This document shows, piece after piece, positions 44,990 through 56,874 of a DNA stretch of 64,000 bases. The notes beneath the pieces were generated by a model, which was not told where the DNA came from, did not search any database, and was given only the letters and a program-made list of their open reading frames with translations. The stretch is from contig CANQUC010000001.1 in assembly GCA_947626945.1 (NCBI GenBank), positions 33,365-97,364 of the forward strand. The letters are read 5' to 3'. This DNA comes from an uncultured Lachnospiraceae bacterium (lineage in GTDB: Bacteria > Bacillota > Clostridia > Lachnospirales > Lachnospiraceae). The first letter of the stretch is position 1. Every line of letters starts with the position of its first letter. Both the position numbers and the translations under genes were made by a program.

Positions 44990-46393
44990 CTATTCTTTGC
45001 CGTTGAAGCAGTAGGTACAGAGCTTGCAGGGAGAAATGCCGATGGATTTTTCCATATCGTCCAGACGCTGGTAGCGCAGGCTGGTAAAATTCTGCTGCCG
45101 GCGGATCTCCTCTATCATCTCTTTATAATTGGTGCTGTTGGGATCGGTGTAATCGTCCAGCATTTCTTCCGCCCGGTCCCCTTCCCGCTCTGAGATCACC
45201 CGTCTGGTGATCAGGTCCAGATCGGATTTGGAACGGGAGAAATTCAGATATTTGCAGCCAAACACCAGGGGAGGGCAGGCAGGACGCACATGAACCTCCT
45301 TTGCGCCGCTCTGGTACAGAAATTCGGTCGTTTCCCGCAGCTGGGTGCCCCGGACGATGGAGTCGTCTATGAGTACCAGGCTTTTGCCCCGGATCAGCTG
45401 ATGAACCGGGATCAGCTTCATGCGGGCGATCAGATTCCGCTGTCTCTGATGAGCCGGCATAAAGGATCTGGGCCAGGTAGGCGTATATTTGATGAAAGGC
45501 CTGGAAAAGGGAATGCCGGAGGCGTTTGCGTAGCCGATGGCATGGGCGGTGCCCGAATCCGGCACGCCGGCCACATAATCCGGCATCACATTATCCCGAT
45601 TGGCAAGCATACTGCCGCAGCGGTAGCGCATTTCCTCCACATTGATCCCCTCATAGGAAGAGTTGGGGTAACCGTAGTAAACCCAGAGAAAGCTGCAGAT
45701 TTGCATATCCTCTCCGGGAGGGCTGACAGTCTGGGCCCCATCCGGCGTAAGGAACACGATCTCTCCGGGGCCAAGCTCCCGATAGTCTTGATATCCCAGA
45801 TTATAGTAGGCAAAGTTTTCAAAGGAGGCGCACATGGAGCCTTCTTTTTTTCCAAGAACCACCGGCATTCTGCCAAGCCGGTCTCTGGCGGCATACAGGC
45901 CGTCTTTGGTCAGCAGCAGGATGTTCATGCTGCCCTGGATCATCTGCTGGGCGTAGCGGATGCCTTCCACGATGGAAGACTGCTGGTTGATCAGGGAAGC
46001 CACCAGCTCGGTGGCGTTGATGCCGCCGCCGCTCATTTCCAGAAAATGCGTGGAGCCATTTTGATAGGAAAGCTCTACCAGCTGGTCCGCGTTGTTGATT
46101 CGCCCCACGGTAGTAAGGGCAAAGCTGCCCAGATGAGACTGAACCAGCAGAGGCTGAGGCTCGCTGTCGGAAATACAGCCGATGCCCATGTTGCCTTCCA
46201 GTTCCGTCACATCCCGTTCAAATTTCGTGCGGAACGGGGAATTTTCAATATTATGAATCGCCCGGTCAAAGCCTTTGGGCCCGTAAACGGCCATGCCGCC
46301 CCGGCGGGTGCCCAGGTGTGAATGATAGTCTGTGCCGAAGAACAGGTTCATCACACAGTCCTCTTTTGATACGACGCCAAAAATACCACCCAT
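44990..46393 (-). CDS. Amidophosphoribosyltransferase (PurF)-like protein lacking the N-terminal Cys nucleophile
   Basis: Ntn-GATase fold plus PRT motif 'LVLIDDSIVRGTQL'. The N-terminus is 'MGGIFGV' (ATG GGT GGT) instead of 'MCGI(F/V)G'. AAGGAG RBS 7 nt upstream fixes the start. Confidence 0.7.
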   Translation of the reverse strand: MGGIFGVVSKEDCVMNLFFGTDYHSHLGTRRGGMAVYGPKGFDRAIHNIENSPFRTKFERDVTELEGNMGIGCISDSEPQPLLVQSHLGSFALTTVGRINNADQLVELSYQNGSTHFLEMSGGGINATELVASLINQQSSIVEGIRYAQQMIQGSMNILLLTKDGLYAARDRLGRMPVVLGKKEGSMCASFENFAYYNLGYQDYRELGPGEIVFLTPDGAQTVSPPGEDMQICSFLWVYYGYPNSSYEGINVEEMRYRCGSMLANRDNVMPDYVAGVPDSGTAHAIGYANASGIPFSRPFIKYTPTWPRSFMPAHQRQRNLIARMKLIPVHQLIRGKSLVLIDDSIVRGTQLRETTEFLYQSGAKEVHVRPACPPLVFGCKYLNFSRSKSDLDLITRRVISEREGDRAEEMLDDYTDPNSTNYKEMIEEIRRQQNFTSLRYQRLDDMEKSIGISPCKLCTYCFNGKE

Positions 46394-46557
46394 AATGCCG
46401 CTCCTTTCTTCTGCTGTAAGGGATCTGTTCTGTGTTTGTCAGTCCCATTATATCGGAAGATCCTGCCATTTACAATGAGAAATTTCTGTTATTTGAAAAG
46501 CAGTTGCATTCCCGGAAAAAAATAGTAAAATAGTGGTAAAAAGCAATCCGGCGCGTC

Positions 46558-47166
46558 TTACGGGGAGGGCAGGAATTCCACTCTGCCGTCTTCCAGATGA
46601 TAAACGGCTCCCATGACGCGCAGGCCCTGCTCCTCCTCCCGGCGGATGCCAAGGCTGCTTTCAATGACCGAGACGCTGTGGCGCACGTTCAGGCAGCAGG
46701 CCCTGAAGTCGTCGGTTTCGCCGCCGATGGCCCGGCGGATCTCATCGGTGATGAATTTGATGTAGCCTGCCGGATCGTGATGGATGGCGGCGTCCACGGC
46801 TCCGCAGTGGTCGTGTCCCAGAACCACGATAAGACGGCAGTGGAGATGTTCTGCCGCGTACTCGATGCTGCCCAGCTGATGGTCGTCGATCACATTGCCG
46901 GCTACCCGGATCACAAACAGATCTCCGATGCCGGCAGCAAAAATGCTTTCGGGAATCACTCTGGAGTCGGAACAGGTGACCACAACGGCATAGGGCCGCT
47001 GTCCCTCACGGCAGGTCCGCTGCCGGATTTCAGGGGAAATGTCCCCGCTGTTTGTCAGGGATTCCAGGTAGGTCAGATTGCCTGCCTGCAGTTTCAGAAG
47101 AGCCGCCCGGGCAGAGAGGACATCGCCCTCAGGCGCGGGATACCGGTTATTCATGGATTCATCCAT
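46558..47166 (-). CDS. Beta-class carbonic anhydrase
   Basis: 'VVTCSDSRV' and 'VLGHDHCGAV' zinc-ligand motifs. Confidence 0.85.
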   Translation of the reverse strand: MDESMNNRYPAPEGDVLSARAALLKLQAGNLTYLESLTNSGDISPEIRQRTCREGQRPYAVVVTCSDSRVIPESIFAAGIGDLFVIRVAGNVIDDHQLGSIEYAAEHLHCRLIVVLGHDHCGAVDAAIHHDPAGYIKFITDEIRRAIGGETDDFRACCLNVRHSVSVIESSLGIRREEEQGLRVMGAVYHLEDGRVEFLPSP

Positions 47167-47288
47167 AGGATCGCCGCCTTTCTTTTGTAGGAAGAGTTTT
47201 TCTGCTTTTCAGTATAGAGGATGGACAAGGTTCTTGCAAGCGGAACAAGGAGTTTCGGCATAAAATAAAAAACAGGAGGTAACATAGA

Positions 47289-48140
47289 TTGGTAAAGATT
47301 ATTTCAGACAGCACCTGCGACCTGTCAAAGGATTTATTGGAGCAGTATGACATCTCCATTCTTCCCCTGCATATCCTGCTGGGAGAAAAAGAGTATGAAG
47401 ACGGTGTGAACATTACGCCGGAAGAGATCTATCAGTGGGCGGAGGCCAATAAGACCACGCCGAAAACATCGGCTCCCGCCATGGAAGAGGCGGTAGAGCT
47501 GCTGCGTCCTTATGTGGAGGCAAATAATCCGGTGATCTGCTTTTCCATCTCCGGAGAGATGTCCGCGTCAGGAAACGTAATGCGCCTGGCGGCCCGGCAG
47601 CTGGAGGCGGAGTCCCTTGTGACGGTTATTGATTCGGAAAATCTGTCTACCGGGATCGGGCTTCTGGTGATCGCCGCCGCCGTGATGGCAAAGCAGGGAA
47701 TGGAACCCCGGGATATTGAGAAGCGGATCCGGGAGCGGATTCCAAAAGTGCGGGCAAGCTTTGTGGTAGATACTCTGACATACCTGCACCGCGGCGGCCG
47801 CTGCAGCGGACTGGCGGCTCTTGCCGGAAGCGCGCTGAAGCTCCATCCCCGGATTCAGGTGACAGAGGGCGTTATGCACGCCGGGAAAAAATACCGGGGC
47901 AGTCTGGAGCGGGTGATCCGCCAGTATGTTCAGGATCTGGAGCCGGAGCTTAAGGCGGCGGATCCCGCCAGGGTGTTTATTACTCATTCCGGCTGCAGCA
48001 GGGAGATTGTGGATCAGGTAAGGGCTTTTCTGGAAAGCCTTCATCAATTTGAGGAGATTCTGGAGACCAGGGCAGGCGGCGTGATTTCCAGCCACTGCGG
48101 GCCGGGTACTCTGGGCGTTTTGTTTGTGGCGGGAGAGTAG
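47289..48140 (+). CDS. DegV-family fatty-acid-binding protein
   Basis: TTG start after AGGAGG. '(M)VKIISDSTCDLSKDLLEQYDISILPL', 'TSAPA', 'LTYLHRGGR'. Confidence 0.85.
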   Translation: MVKIISDSTCDLSKDLLEQYDISILPLHILLGEKEYEDGVNITPEEIYQWAEANKTTPKTSAPAMEEAVELLRPYVEANNPVICFSISGEMSASGNVMRLAARQLEAESLVTVIDSENLSTGIGLLVIAAAVMAKQGMEPRDIEKRIRERIPKVRASFVVDTLTYLHRGGRCSGLAALAGSALKLHPRIQVTEGVMHAGKKYRGSLERVIRQYVQDLEPELKAADPARVFITHSGCSREIVDQVRAFLESLHQFEEILETRAGGVISSHCGPGTLGVLFVAGE

Positions 48141-48150
48141 CAGTTGGCAC

Positions 48151-48178
48151 TTGCATTTTTCGCGCCGAGTGGTATAAT
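48151..48178 (+). promoter_or_regulatory. Sigma-A promoter of the atp operon (extended -10)
   Basis: TTGCAT (48151-48156), 16-nt spacer, TGgTATAAT (-10 at 48173-48178). Confidence 0.55.
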
Positions 48179-48261
48179 GTACAGAATGAATTTTTTGCAT
48201 GGTCCCATGGAGGGTGTTACCCGGGGGTTTGCCCAATCCATCCGGACAGATAGGGGGCTCT

Positions 48262-49074
48262 ATGGAAAGACAGAAACGAAAGATCGCGATTTTGATTTTT
48301 GTATTGGCCGCCGCCGTGCTGATGATCGGCACCATCGTGGTCAAATCTCCGGGCAGCAGCGAGTCCATCGGAGAACTGATGAAAGACGCGGTGCTGCATG
48401 AATCCAATCAGGTAAGCCTGTTCGGGCTGAAAGACGTAAATCCCGGTCTGATCTCGGCAATGGTGATCACCGGCGTTTTTTTGGTATTTTGTCTGATCGT
48501 GCGGATCTTTGTGATTCCAAGGTTTCGCATCGTTCCCGGAAAATTCCAGCTGGCTCTGGAGACGGCGGTGGGATTTTTTGACAGGCTGGCGGTTTCAAAC
48601 AGTCCCCACCGGAACGGCTTTCTGGGCGCTTATGTGTTTGCCGCCGGGTCTTATATTTTTGTGGGCACCATCTTTGAACTGTTTGGGATCCAGGCGGTGA
48701 CCACCCAGGGTACCTCGATTTCCCTGTCCGCGCCGTTGTCGGATATTAACGGAGCGGTGATGATGGGATGCCTGTCCTATCTGGTGATCCTGTCCGGCGG
48801 GATCGCGGGCAACCGGCTGCGGGGCGTGGGGCGGACCCTGAAAGAGTTTTCTCTTCCCATCTCCATGAGCTTTCGTATTTTCGGCGCTCTTTTAAGCGGC
48901 GCCCTTGTAACGGAAATGGTATATTATTATATTTTCCTCAGTTACGGACTGCCGATCCTGATCGGCGTGCTGTTTACACTGATACACGCGCTGGTGCAGA
49001 CCTATGTGCTCACCATGCTGACGGCTTTGTTTTACGGCGAGGTTTCCGAGCCTGCACATAAAGAGAAATCATAA
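48262..49074 (+). CDS. atpB: F0F1 ATP synthase subunit a
   Basis: Polytopic. Conserved stator Arg in 'SMSFRIFGALLSG'. Start at ATG 48262. First gene of the atp operon. Confidence 0.85.
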   Translation: MERQKRKIAILIFVLAAAVLMIGTIVVKSPGSSESIGELMKDAVLHESNQVSLFGLKDVNPGLISAMVITGVFLVFCLIVRIFVIPRFRIVPGKFQLALETAVGFFDRLAVSNSPHRNGFLGAYVFAAGSYIFVGTIFELFGIQAVTTQGTSISLSAPLSDINGAVMMGCLSYLVILSGGIAGNRLRGVGRTLKEFSLPISMSFRIFGALLSGALVTEMVYYYIFLSYGLPILIGVLFTLIHALVQTYVLTMLTALFYGEVSEPAHKEKS

Positions 49075-49089
49075 CGGAGGTCTTAGATC

Positions 49090-49470
49090 ATGAAAAAAAC
49101 AATGAAAAGGTTGATTGCGGTTTTGCTGCTTACAATGATGACGCTTACGGTAGCGGTTCCGGCGTTTGCTTCCGGAGAGGAGACGGCTTCACGGGAAACA
49201 GCGGTCAGTGAACAGTCCGGCGCCCAGGAAGAGGACGCGCAGGCCGCGGGAGAGAATAAAGGAATCGCGGCGGCCATTGTAGTAGGTCTTGCGGCATTTG
49301 CAGGCGCAATCGGTATGGGTATTGCCATTGGAAAGTCTGTGGAGGGCATTTCCAGACAGCCTGAGGCGGAGGGCAAAATCCGTACAACGCTGATGCTGGG
49401 CCTGGTGTTTATCGAGACCGCCATTATTTATGCCCTTGTTGTGGCGATCCTGGTAATCTTCGTACTGTAA
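49090..49470 (+). CDS. atpE: F0F1 ATP synthase subunit c with ~50-aa N-terminal signal-peptide/acidic extension
   Basis: C-terminal 75 aa form a canonical c hairpin: '[26 protein letters not shown]...[15 protein letters not shown]'. N-terminus '[31 protein letters not shown]...' looks like a cleavable signal peptide. Confidence 0.85.
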   Translation: MKKTMKRLIAVLLLTMMTLTVAVPAFASGEETASRETAVSEQSGAQEEDAQAAGENKGIAAAIVVGLAAFAGAIGMGIAIGKSVEGISRQPEAEGKIRTTLMLGLVFIETAIIYALVVAILVIFVL

Positions 49471-49489
49471 GAAAGGCAGGTGGAATGTT

Positions 49490-49978
49490 ATGCCGCTGAA
49501 TATTGACTGGCAGCAGATCCTTCTGCACTTGCTGAATTTTACGGTGCTGTTTGCCATACTGTATTTTCTGCTCTACAAACCTGTAAAGAAATTTATGGAT
49601 CAGCGGGTGGAATATTTTAAAAAGATGGATGAGGAATCCAAAGAAAAACTGGCGGAGTCCGAAAAGGCAAAGGAAGCCTATGAGCAAAAGCTTGCCATGG
49701 CGGAAGAGGAGATCCGGGAAAAGAAAAAACAGGCCGAGGCAAAGATCCGGGAGGCAGGTGACGCCAAGCTTCGCCAGGCTCAGGATCAGGCGGAAAAGAT
49801 CATTGCGGACGCGCATAAGGATATAGAAGAGGATCGGGAAAGGATGCTGAGAGAAGCCAAGTCCCAGATTACCGATATGGTAGTGAACGCCGCGGAAAAG
49901 CTGGTGGATCAGTCTACCACTTCTCAGGCCTTTGACAGCTTCCTTGACGCGGCGGAAAGAGGCGAAGCAGATGAGTAA
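49490..49978 (+). CDS. atpF: F0F1 ATP synthase subunit b
   Basis: N-terminal TM '[19 protein letters not shown]', followed by a long charged coiled coil. Confidence 0.85.
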   Translation: MPLNIDWQQILLHLLNFTVLFAILYFLLYKPVKKFMDQRVEYFKKMDEESKEKLAESEKAKEAYEQKLAMAEEEIREKKKQAEAKIREAGDAKLRQAQDQAEKIIADAHKDIEEDRERMLREAKSQITDMVVNAAEKLVDQSTTSQAFDSFLDAAERGEADE

Positions 49979-51689
49979 AGAGGCAGTCTTATATTCCAAT
50001 ACACCGCCAAGTGAAGCCCAGAAACAGAAATTTACGGAATTTTTGAACCGGCAATATGGGGATTGTACCTTTCAATGGCAAAAGCAGGATCTGCCGGAGG
50101 GCAGTTTCCGGCTGCAGGTGGATTCCCAGGTATATGACTGGAGCGCGGAGGGCCGTCTGCTGCAGTTAAAGGATCTGCTTGCGGGGCTGAAAGCGAAAGA
50201 GGGGGAGATCATCCCTCTTTTGAGAGATACGGTCAAAAACTGGACGCCCCAGGCCCTTGCCCATGAGGAGGGCATGGTGCTTACGGTGGGAGACGGGATC
50301 GCTACGGTCTCCGGCCTTGAAAACGCTACCTATGGGGAGATTCTGCTGTTTTCCTCCGGCATCAGAGGCATGGCTCAGGATCTCCGTCACGGTGAGATCG
50401 GCTGTATTCTTTTTGGGGACGATCAGGAGATCACTGCGGGAAGCCTTGTGCGCAGGACAGGAAAGACTGCCGGCATTCCCGTGGGGCCGGGGTTTTTAGG
50501 CAGAGTGGTGGATGCCCTGGGAAGTCCCATAGACGGAAAAGGGGACATTGATACGACAGAATACCGTCCCATAGAAAATCCCGCCCCCAGCATCATTGAC
50601 AGGCAGCCGGTGGATACCCCCCTGGATACGGGGATTCTGGCTATCGATTCCATGTTTCCAATTGGAAGAGGCCAGCGTGAGCTGATCATCGGCGACCGTC
50701 AGACAGGCAAGACCGCCATCGCGCTGGATACGATCCTGAACCAGAAAGGAAAGGATGTAATCTGCATTTATGTGGCCATCGGGCAAAAGGCCAGTTCTGT
50801 GGCGCAGCTGGTTCACAATCTGAAAATGAAAGGCGCAATGGATTACACCATTGTAGTCAACGCGCCTGCCAGCGATTCCGCGCCGCTGCAGTATATTGCC
50901 CCTTACGCGGGCTGCGCTCTGGGCGAGTACTTTATGGATCAGGGCAAAGATGTGCTGATCGTGTATGACGATCTGTCAAAGCATGCCATTGCCTACCGTT
51001 CCTTAAGTCTGCTTCTGGAGCGGGCGCCGGGCCGGGAAGCCTATCCGGGCGACGTGTTCTATCTGCACTCAAGGCTTCTGGAGCGCTCGGCTCATCTCAG
51101 CGAAGAACGGGGAGGCGGCAGCATGACTGCCCTGCCCATTGTGGAGACGCAGGCAGGAGACGTCTCCGCCTATATTCCCACAAATATCATTTCCATTACC
51201 GATGGACAGATCTTTCTGGAAAGCGACCTGTTTTTCGCGGGCCAGCGTCCCGCGGTAAACGTGGGTCTTTCTGTTTCCCGTGTGGGCGGCGACGCTCAGA
51301 CAAAGGCCATGAAAAAAGCCGCCGGCGCCATCCGGCTGGATCTTGCCCAGTACCGGGAAATGGAAGTGTTCACCCAGTTTGCCAGCGATCTGGACGACGC
51401 TACCAAAAGCCAGCTGTATTACGGGCAGGGGCTGATGGAGATGCTGAAGCAGGATCAGTATCATCCCTACCGGCAGTATGAGCAGGTGATCATTCTTGTG
51501 GTGGTGCTGAGCCATTTGTTCCAGACGGTTTCCATAGGGCAGACCAGACAGGTGATGGAGCAGCTGCTGGATCATTTTCATCAGGAATATCCGGAGCTGG
51601 AGGAGCGCATTGAGACCACGGGACTTCTTTCCGATGAAGACCGGGAACAGATTGTAACCATTGCGGAGCAGTATTTGCGGAAACGGTGA
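49971..51689 (+). CDS. atpA: F0F1 ATP synthase alpha subunit carrying an N-terminal delta(OSCP) C-terminal-domain-like extension
   Basis: Alpha core: 'GDRQTGKT' P-loop, 'DDLSKHA', '[20 protein letters not shown]'. The first ~75 aa end in '[25 protein letters not shown]', matching the delta C-terminus pattern 'V(R/K)(I/V)G..(I/V)(Y/I)D.S..G.L..L...L'. ATG overlaps the atpF stop. No separate atpH. Confidence 0.85.
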   Translation: MSKEAVLYSNTPPSEAQKQKFTEFLNRQYGDCTFQWQKQDLPEGSFRLQVDSQVYDWSAEGRLLQLKDLLAGLKAKEGEIIPLLRDTVKNWTPQALAHEEGMVLTVGDGIATVSGLENATYGEILLFSSGIRGMAQDLRHGEIGCILFGDDQEITAGSLVRRTGKTAGIPVGPGFLGRVVDALGSPIDGKGDIDTTEYRPIENPAPSIIDRQPVDTPLDTGILAIDSMFPIGRGQRELIIGDRQTGKTAIALDTILNQKGKDVICIYVAIGQKASSVAQLVHNLKMKGAMDYTIVVNAPASDSAPLQYIAPYAGCALGEYFMDQGKDVLIVYDDLSKHAIAYRSLSLLLERAPGREAYPGDVFYLHSRLLERSAHLSEERGGGSMTALPIVETQAGDVSAYIPTNIISITDGQIFLESDLFFAGQRPAVNVGLSVSRVGGDAQTKAMKKAAGAIRLDLAQYREMEVFTQFASDLDDATKSQLYYGQGLMEMLKQDQYHPYRQYEQVIILVVVLSHLFQTVSIGQTRQVMEQLLDHFHQEYPELEERIETTGLLSDEDREQIVTIAEQYLRKR

Positions 51690-51693
51690 TCAT

Positions 51694-54010
<2,317 letters not shown>

Positions 54011-54424
54011 ATGAACGTATTTCAGATGGACATCCTTGCCGCGGAAAAGATCTTTTATTCCGGGGAATGTCAGTCCCTTGTGATCCCCACCATGGACGGA
54101 TCCTATGGGATCCAGGCAAACCACAGAAATATGATCGCGGCCATTGTGCCGGGAATGCTGAAATTTACAGACCCTCAGGGAAAAACAGGCATTGCCGCTG
54201 TTTCCGAGGGACTGATTAAAGTGGAAAACAATCGGGTTCTGCTGCTGGTGGATTCCATAGAAAGACCGGAGGAGATTGATGAAAACCGGGCAAGAAAGTC
54301 CGCGGAGCAGGCAAAGGAGATCATCCTCCAGAAGAAAAGCCTGCAGGTACATCATCTTGCTCAGGCTCAGATGGCAAGAGCCATCAACCGGCTTCGGGTG
54401 AAAAGGCAGGAGGACAATCAGTAA
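54011..54424 (+). CDS. atpC: F0F1 ATP synthase epsilon subunit
   Basis: 137 aa. Beta-sandwich N-domain ('G.YGI...H') plus a helical C-terminus. Last gene of the operon; a terminator follows. Confidence 0.85.
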   Translation: MNVFQMDILAAEKIFYSGECQSLVIPTMDGSYGIQANHRNMIAAIVPGMLKFTDPQGKTGIAAVSEGLIKVENNRVLLLVDSIERPEEIDENRARKSAEQAKEIILQKKSLQVHHLAQAQMARAINRLRVKRQEDNQ

Positions 54425-54432
54425 TCAAAAAA

Positions 54433-54470
54433 AACGAGACTGCTTCAGAAGTGAGACAGTCTCGTTTTCT
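54433..54470. terminator. Bidirectional hairpin terminator (atp operon / chrA convergent)
   Basis: aacgagactg (54433-54442) / cagtctcgtt (54457-54466), preceded by A7 and followed by ttctt. Confidence 0.75.
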
Positions 54471-55025
54471 TTATAACTGAAAGGCAATGCCGAGAATGGC
54501 GCCCGCCAGGAGAAAACAGATGGGATGCAGCTTATGCAGCTGTTTCAGGTTCATGATCACAAAGAAGACCGCGCACATGATCAGAGAAAAGACCGGGATC
54601 TGAAAGCTGCCGTCGGAGGCGGTAAACAGCGTTGTTTCAAAGATCCCCACTACCGCGGTGGCGATCAGGCCCGTAACCGCAGGGCGGATGGCCCAGAAAG
54701 CGGATTTCACATAGGGGTTTTTGGAAAAGTTTTCCAGAAGCTTGGCAATGATCACAATGACGATCAGGCTTGGCAGCACAAGAGAAAGGGTGGCCGCAAT
54801 GCCTCCGGGAATCCCTGCCGCGTGATAACCGGCGTAGGTGGCCATATTGATGCCGATGGGGCCCGGCGTGCTTTCGCTGACGGCCAGCATGCTTGCCACG
54901 TCCCCCTTGGTAAACCAGTCATAGCGGCCGGCCAGATTCATCAAAAACGGAATGGTGGCGGGGCCGCCGCCTACCGCGAACAGGCCGATCTGGAAAAATT
55001 CCATAAATAAGGTAAGATAGATCAT
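54471..55025 (-). CDS. chrA: Chromate transporter family protein (half-size, C-terminal type)
   Basis: 'FQIGLFAVGGGPATIPF' CHR motif. Paired with the preceding half-size gene (4-nt overlap). Confidence 0.8.
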   Translation of the reverse strand: MIYLTLFMEFFQIGLFAVGGGPATIPFLMNLAGRYDWFTKGDVASMLAVSESTPGPIGINMATYAGYHAAGIPGGIAATLSLVLPSLIVIVIIAKLLENFSKNPYVKSAFWAIRPAVTGLIATAVVGIFETTLFTASDGSFQIPVFSLIMCAVFFVIMNLKQLHKLHPICFLLAGAILGIAFQL

Positions 55026-55564
55026 AATTTCAACCTCCCAAGCTTCTGCATCACGATTCCAAAGACGCCGGCTACAATCACCAGGATTACCGCGGGGACG
55101 GGGGTAAACATGGCCAGCCCGAAAGCAAGGACCCCGATCACCACGCAGACGGGGCTTACAAAGCTTTTCTTTGCCAGGGTGATGACGGTATTTAAAAGCA
55201 GGGCGCAGACTACGATCTTGATGCCGGTCAGCGCGTGGGCCACAATGGGCGCGCTCATGTACCGCTCCAGGAACAGGGCAAGCAGGGTGATGATGATCAG
55301 AGACGGACTGACCATGCCCAGGGTAGAGCAGATGGCGCCGGGGATCCCTTTCTTTTTAAATCCCACAAAGGTGGAAGTGTTGACGGCAATGATGCCGGGG
55401 GTACACTGCCCGATGGCATAATAATCCAGCAGTTCGTCTTCCGTGACCCATTGCTTTTTTTCGCTGAGTTCATATTTCAGCATGGGCAGCATGGTCAGTC
55501 CGCCGCCAAAGGTCAGACCGCCGATGCGAAAGAAGACACAATACAGGTCTAACAGCATTTTCAT
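55022..55564 (-). CDS. chrA: Chromate transporter family protein (half-size, N-terminal type)
   Basis: 'FFRIGGLTFGGGLTMLPML' CHR motif. Confidence 0.8.
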   Translation of the reverse strand: MKMLLDLYCVFFRIGGLTFGGGLTMLPMLKYELSEKKQWVTEDELLDYYAIGQCTPGIIAVNTSTFVGFKKKGIPGAICSTLGMVSPSLIIITLLALFLERYMSAPIVAHALTGIKIVVCALLLNTVITLAKKSFVSPVCVVIGVLAFGLAMFTPVPAVILVIVAGVFGIVMQKLGRLKL

Positions 55565-55721
55565 GCAGATTCCTCCGTTTCCGTTTCAATAAACAAGAGC
55601 ATTATAACAGAATCAGAAAAAAGTGAAAAGGGAAAAATCGGGTTTCAAAGAGGAATTTTGGTGGACGGAACCGGAAAAATCCTGTATGATAAAGAAAAAT
55701 TTGAAAACAAGGAGGGATCCC

Positions 55722-56747
55722 ATGCTGTTTTTTGAAAGTGATTATACCGAGGGTGCCCATGAAAAGATTCTGCAGAGACTTGCGGAAACCAATCTGGAAT
55801 CCCTGCCGGGTTACGGCAGCGACCGCTACTGTGAGAGCGCAAAAAGCAAGATCCGGAATGCCTGCCGCTGTCCCCAGGCAGAGGTGTATTTTCTGGCAGG
55901 GGGTACCCAGACCAATCAGATCGTCATTGACGCCATGCTGTCATCCTGGGAGGGCGTGGCGGCTGCCGCCACAGGGCATGTGAACGTCCATGAAGCAGGC
56001 GCCATTGAACATTCCGGCCATAAGGTGCTGTCCCTGCCCCATCATGAGGGAAAGCTGGACGCCGGGGAGCTGGAAGCCTTTCTGGATGAATTCTGGCAGG
56101 ATGAAAACCGCGAGCATATGGTGTTTCCGGGAATGGTTTATATCTCCCATCCCACAGAGTACGGCACGCTGTATACAAAACAGGAGCTGGAACGGCTTTC
56201 ACAGGTCTGCGGCCGGTTTTCCATCCCTCTGTATCTGGACGGGGCAAGGCTTGGTTACGGGCTGATGAGCCGCGAAACAGACGTGACACTTCCGGTGATC
56301 GCCCGGTGCTGCGACGTGTTTTATATCGGAGGAACAAAAGTAGGGGCGTTGTGCGGAGAAGCGGTGGTCTTTACCAAAAAGAACACGCCGCCCCATTTCC
56401 TGACGATGATCAAGCAGAAAGGGGCTCTGCTGGCAAAAGGCCGTCTCCTGGGAATCCAGTTTGATACATTGTTTACCGATGATCTGTATTTTCAGATCAG
56501 CGATCACGCCATTGCCATGGCGGAGCTTTTAAAGGAGGGCCTGCGCAAAAAAGGCTGCCGCTTTCTTTTGGAATCTCCTACCAATCAGCAGTTTGTCATT
56601 TTGGAAAACAGCCGCCTGGAAACATTAAAAAAACATGTGGCCATGAGCTTCTGGGAAAAGGCCGGGCCGGATCATACGGTGATGCGCATTGCCACAAGCT
56701 GGGCCACAAGGGAGGAAGATGTGAAAAAACTCATCGACCTGATGTAA
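55722..56747 (+). CDS. ltaE: Low-specificity L-threonine aldolase / beta-eliminating lyase family (PLP)
   Basis: Start at ATG 55722, 6 nt after AAGGAGGG. 'FESDYTEGAHEKIL', 'LAGGTQTNQ', 'YIGGTKVG' (PLP Lys). Confidence 0.8.
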   Translation: MLFFESDYTEGAHEKILQRLAETNLESLPGYGSDRYCESAKSKIRNACRCPQAEVYFLAGGTQTNQIVIDAMLSSWEGVAAAATGHVNVHEAGAIEHSGHKVLSLPHHEGKLDAGELEAFLDEFWQDENREHMVFPGMVYISHPTEYGTLYTKQELERLSQVCGRFSIPLYLDGARLGYGLMSRETDVTLPVIARCCDVFYIGGTKVGALCGEAVVFTKKNTPPHFLTMIKQKGALLAKGRLLGIQFDTLFTDDLYFQISDHAIAMAELLKEGLRKKGCRFLLESPTNQQFVILENSRLETLKKHVAMSFWEKAGPDHTVMRIATSWATREEDVKKLIDLM

Positions 56748-56874
56748 CAGGATCCAATCCGATGATGACGCGTTTTCCGGCCAATAAAAACGTTGTAAAA
56801 AACAGTGGAAATTATGACGAATATACGTTATAATGAAAAACAGTCAGTTAAAGTGAGAAAGGAAAAGAAGTTTC

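Noticed and set aside
43212-46321. Plus-strand ORFs 43212-44054 (280 aa), 44487-45014 (175 aa) and 45290-46321 (343 aa)
   Set aside because: They are antisense to the ABC exporter and the PurF-like gene, both of which have Walker/signature or PRT motifs on the minus strand.
49090-49470. Na+-specific c subunit (the E-T pair and Tyr in 'FIETAIIY')
   Set aside because: The helix-1 Gln of the Na+ signature (the position aligned with Q32 of Ilyobacter c) is Met here ('GMGIAIG'). The motif is incomplete, so ion specificity cannot be called from sequence.
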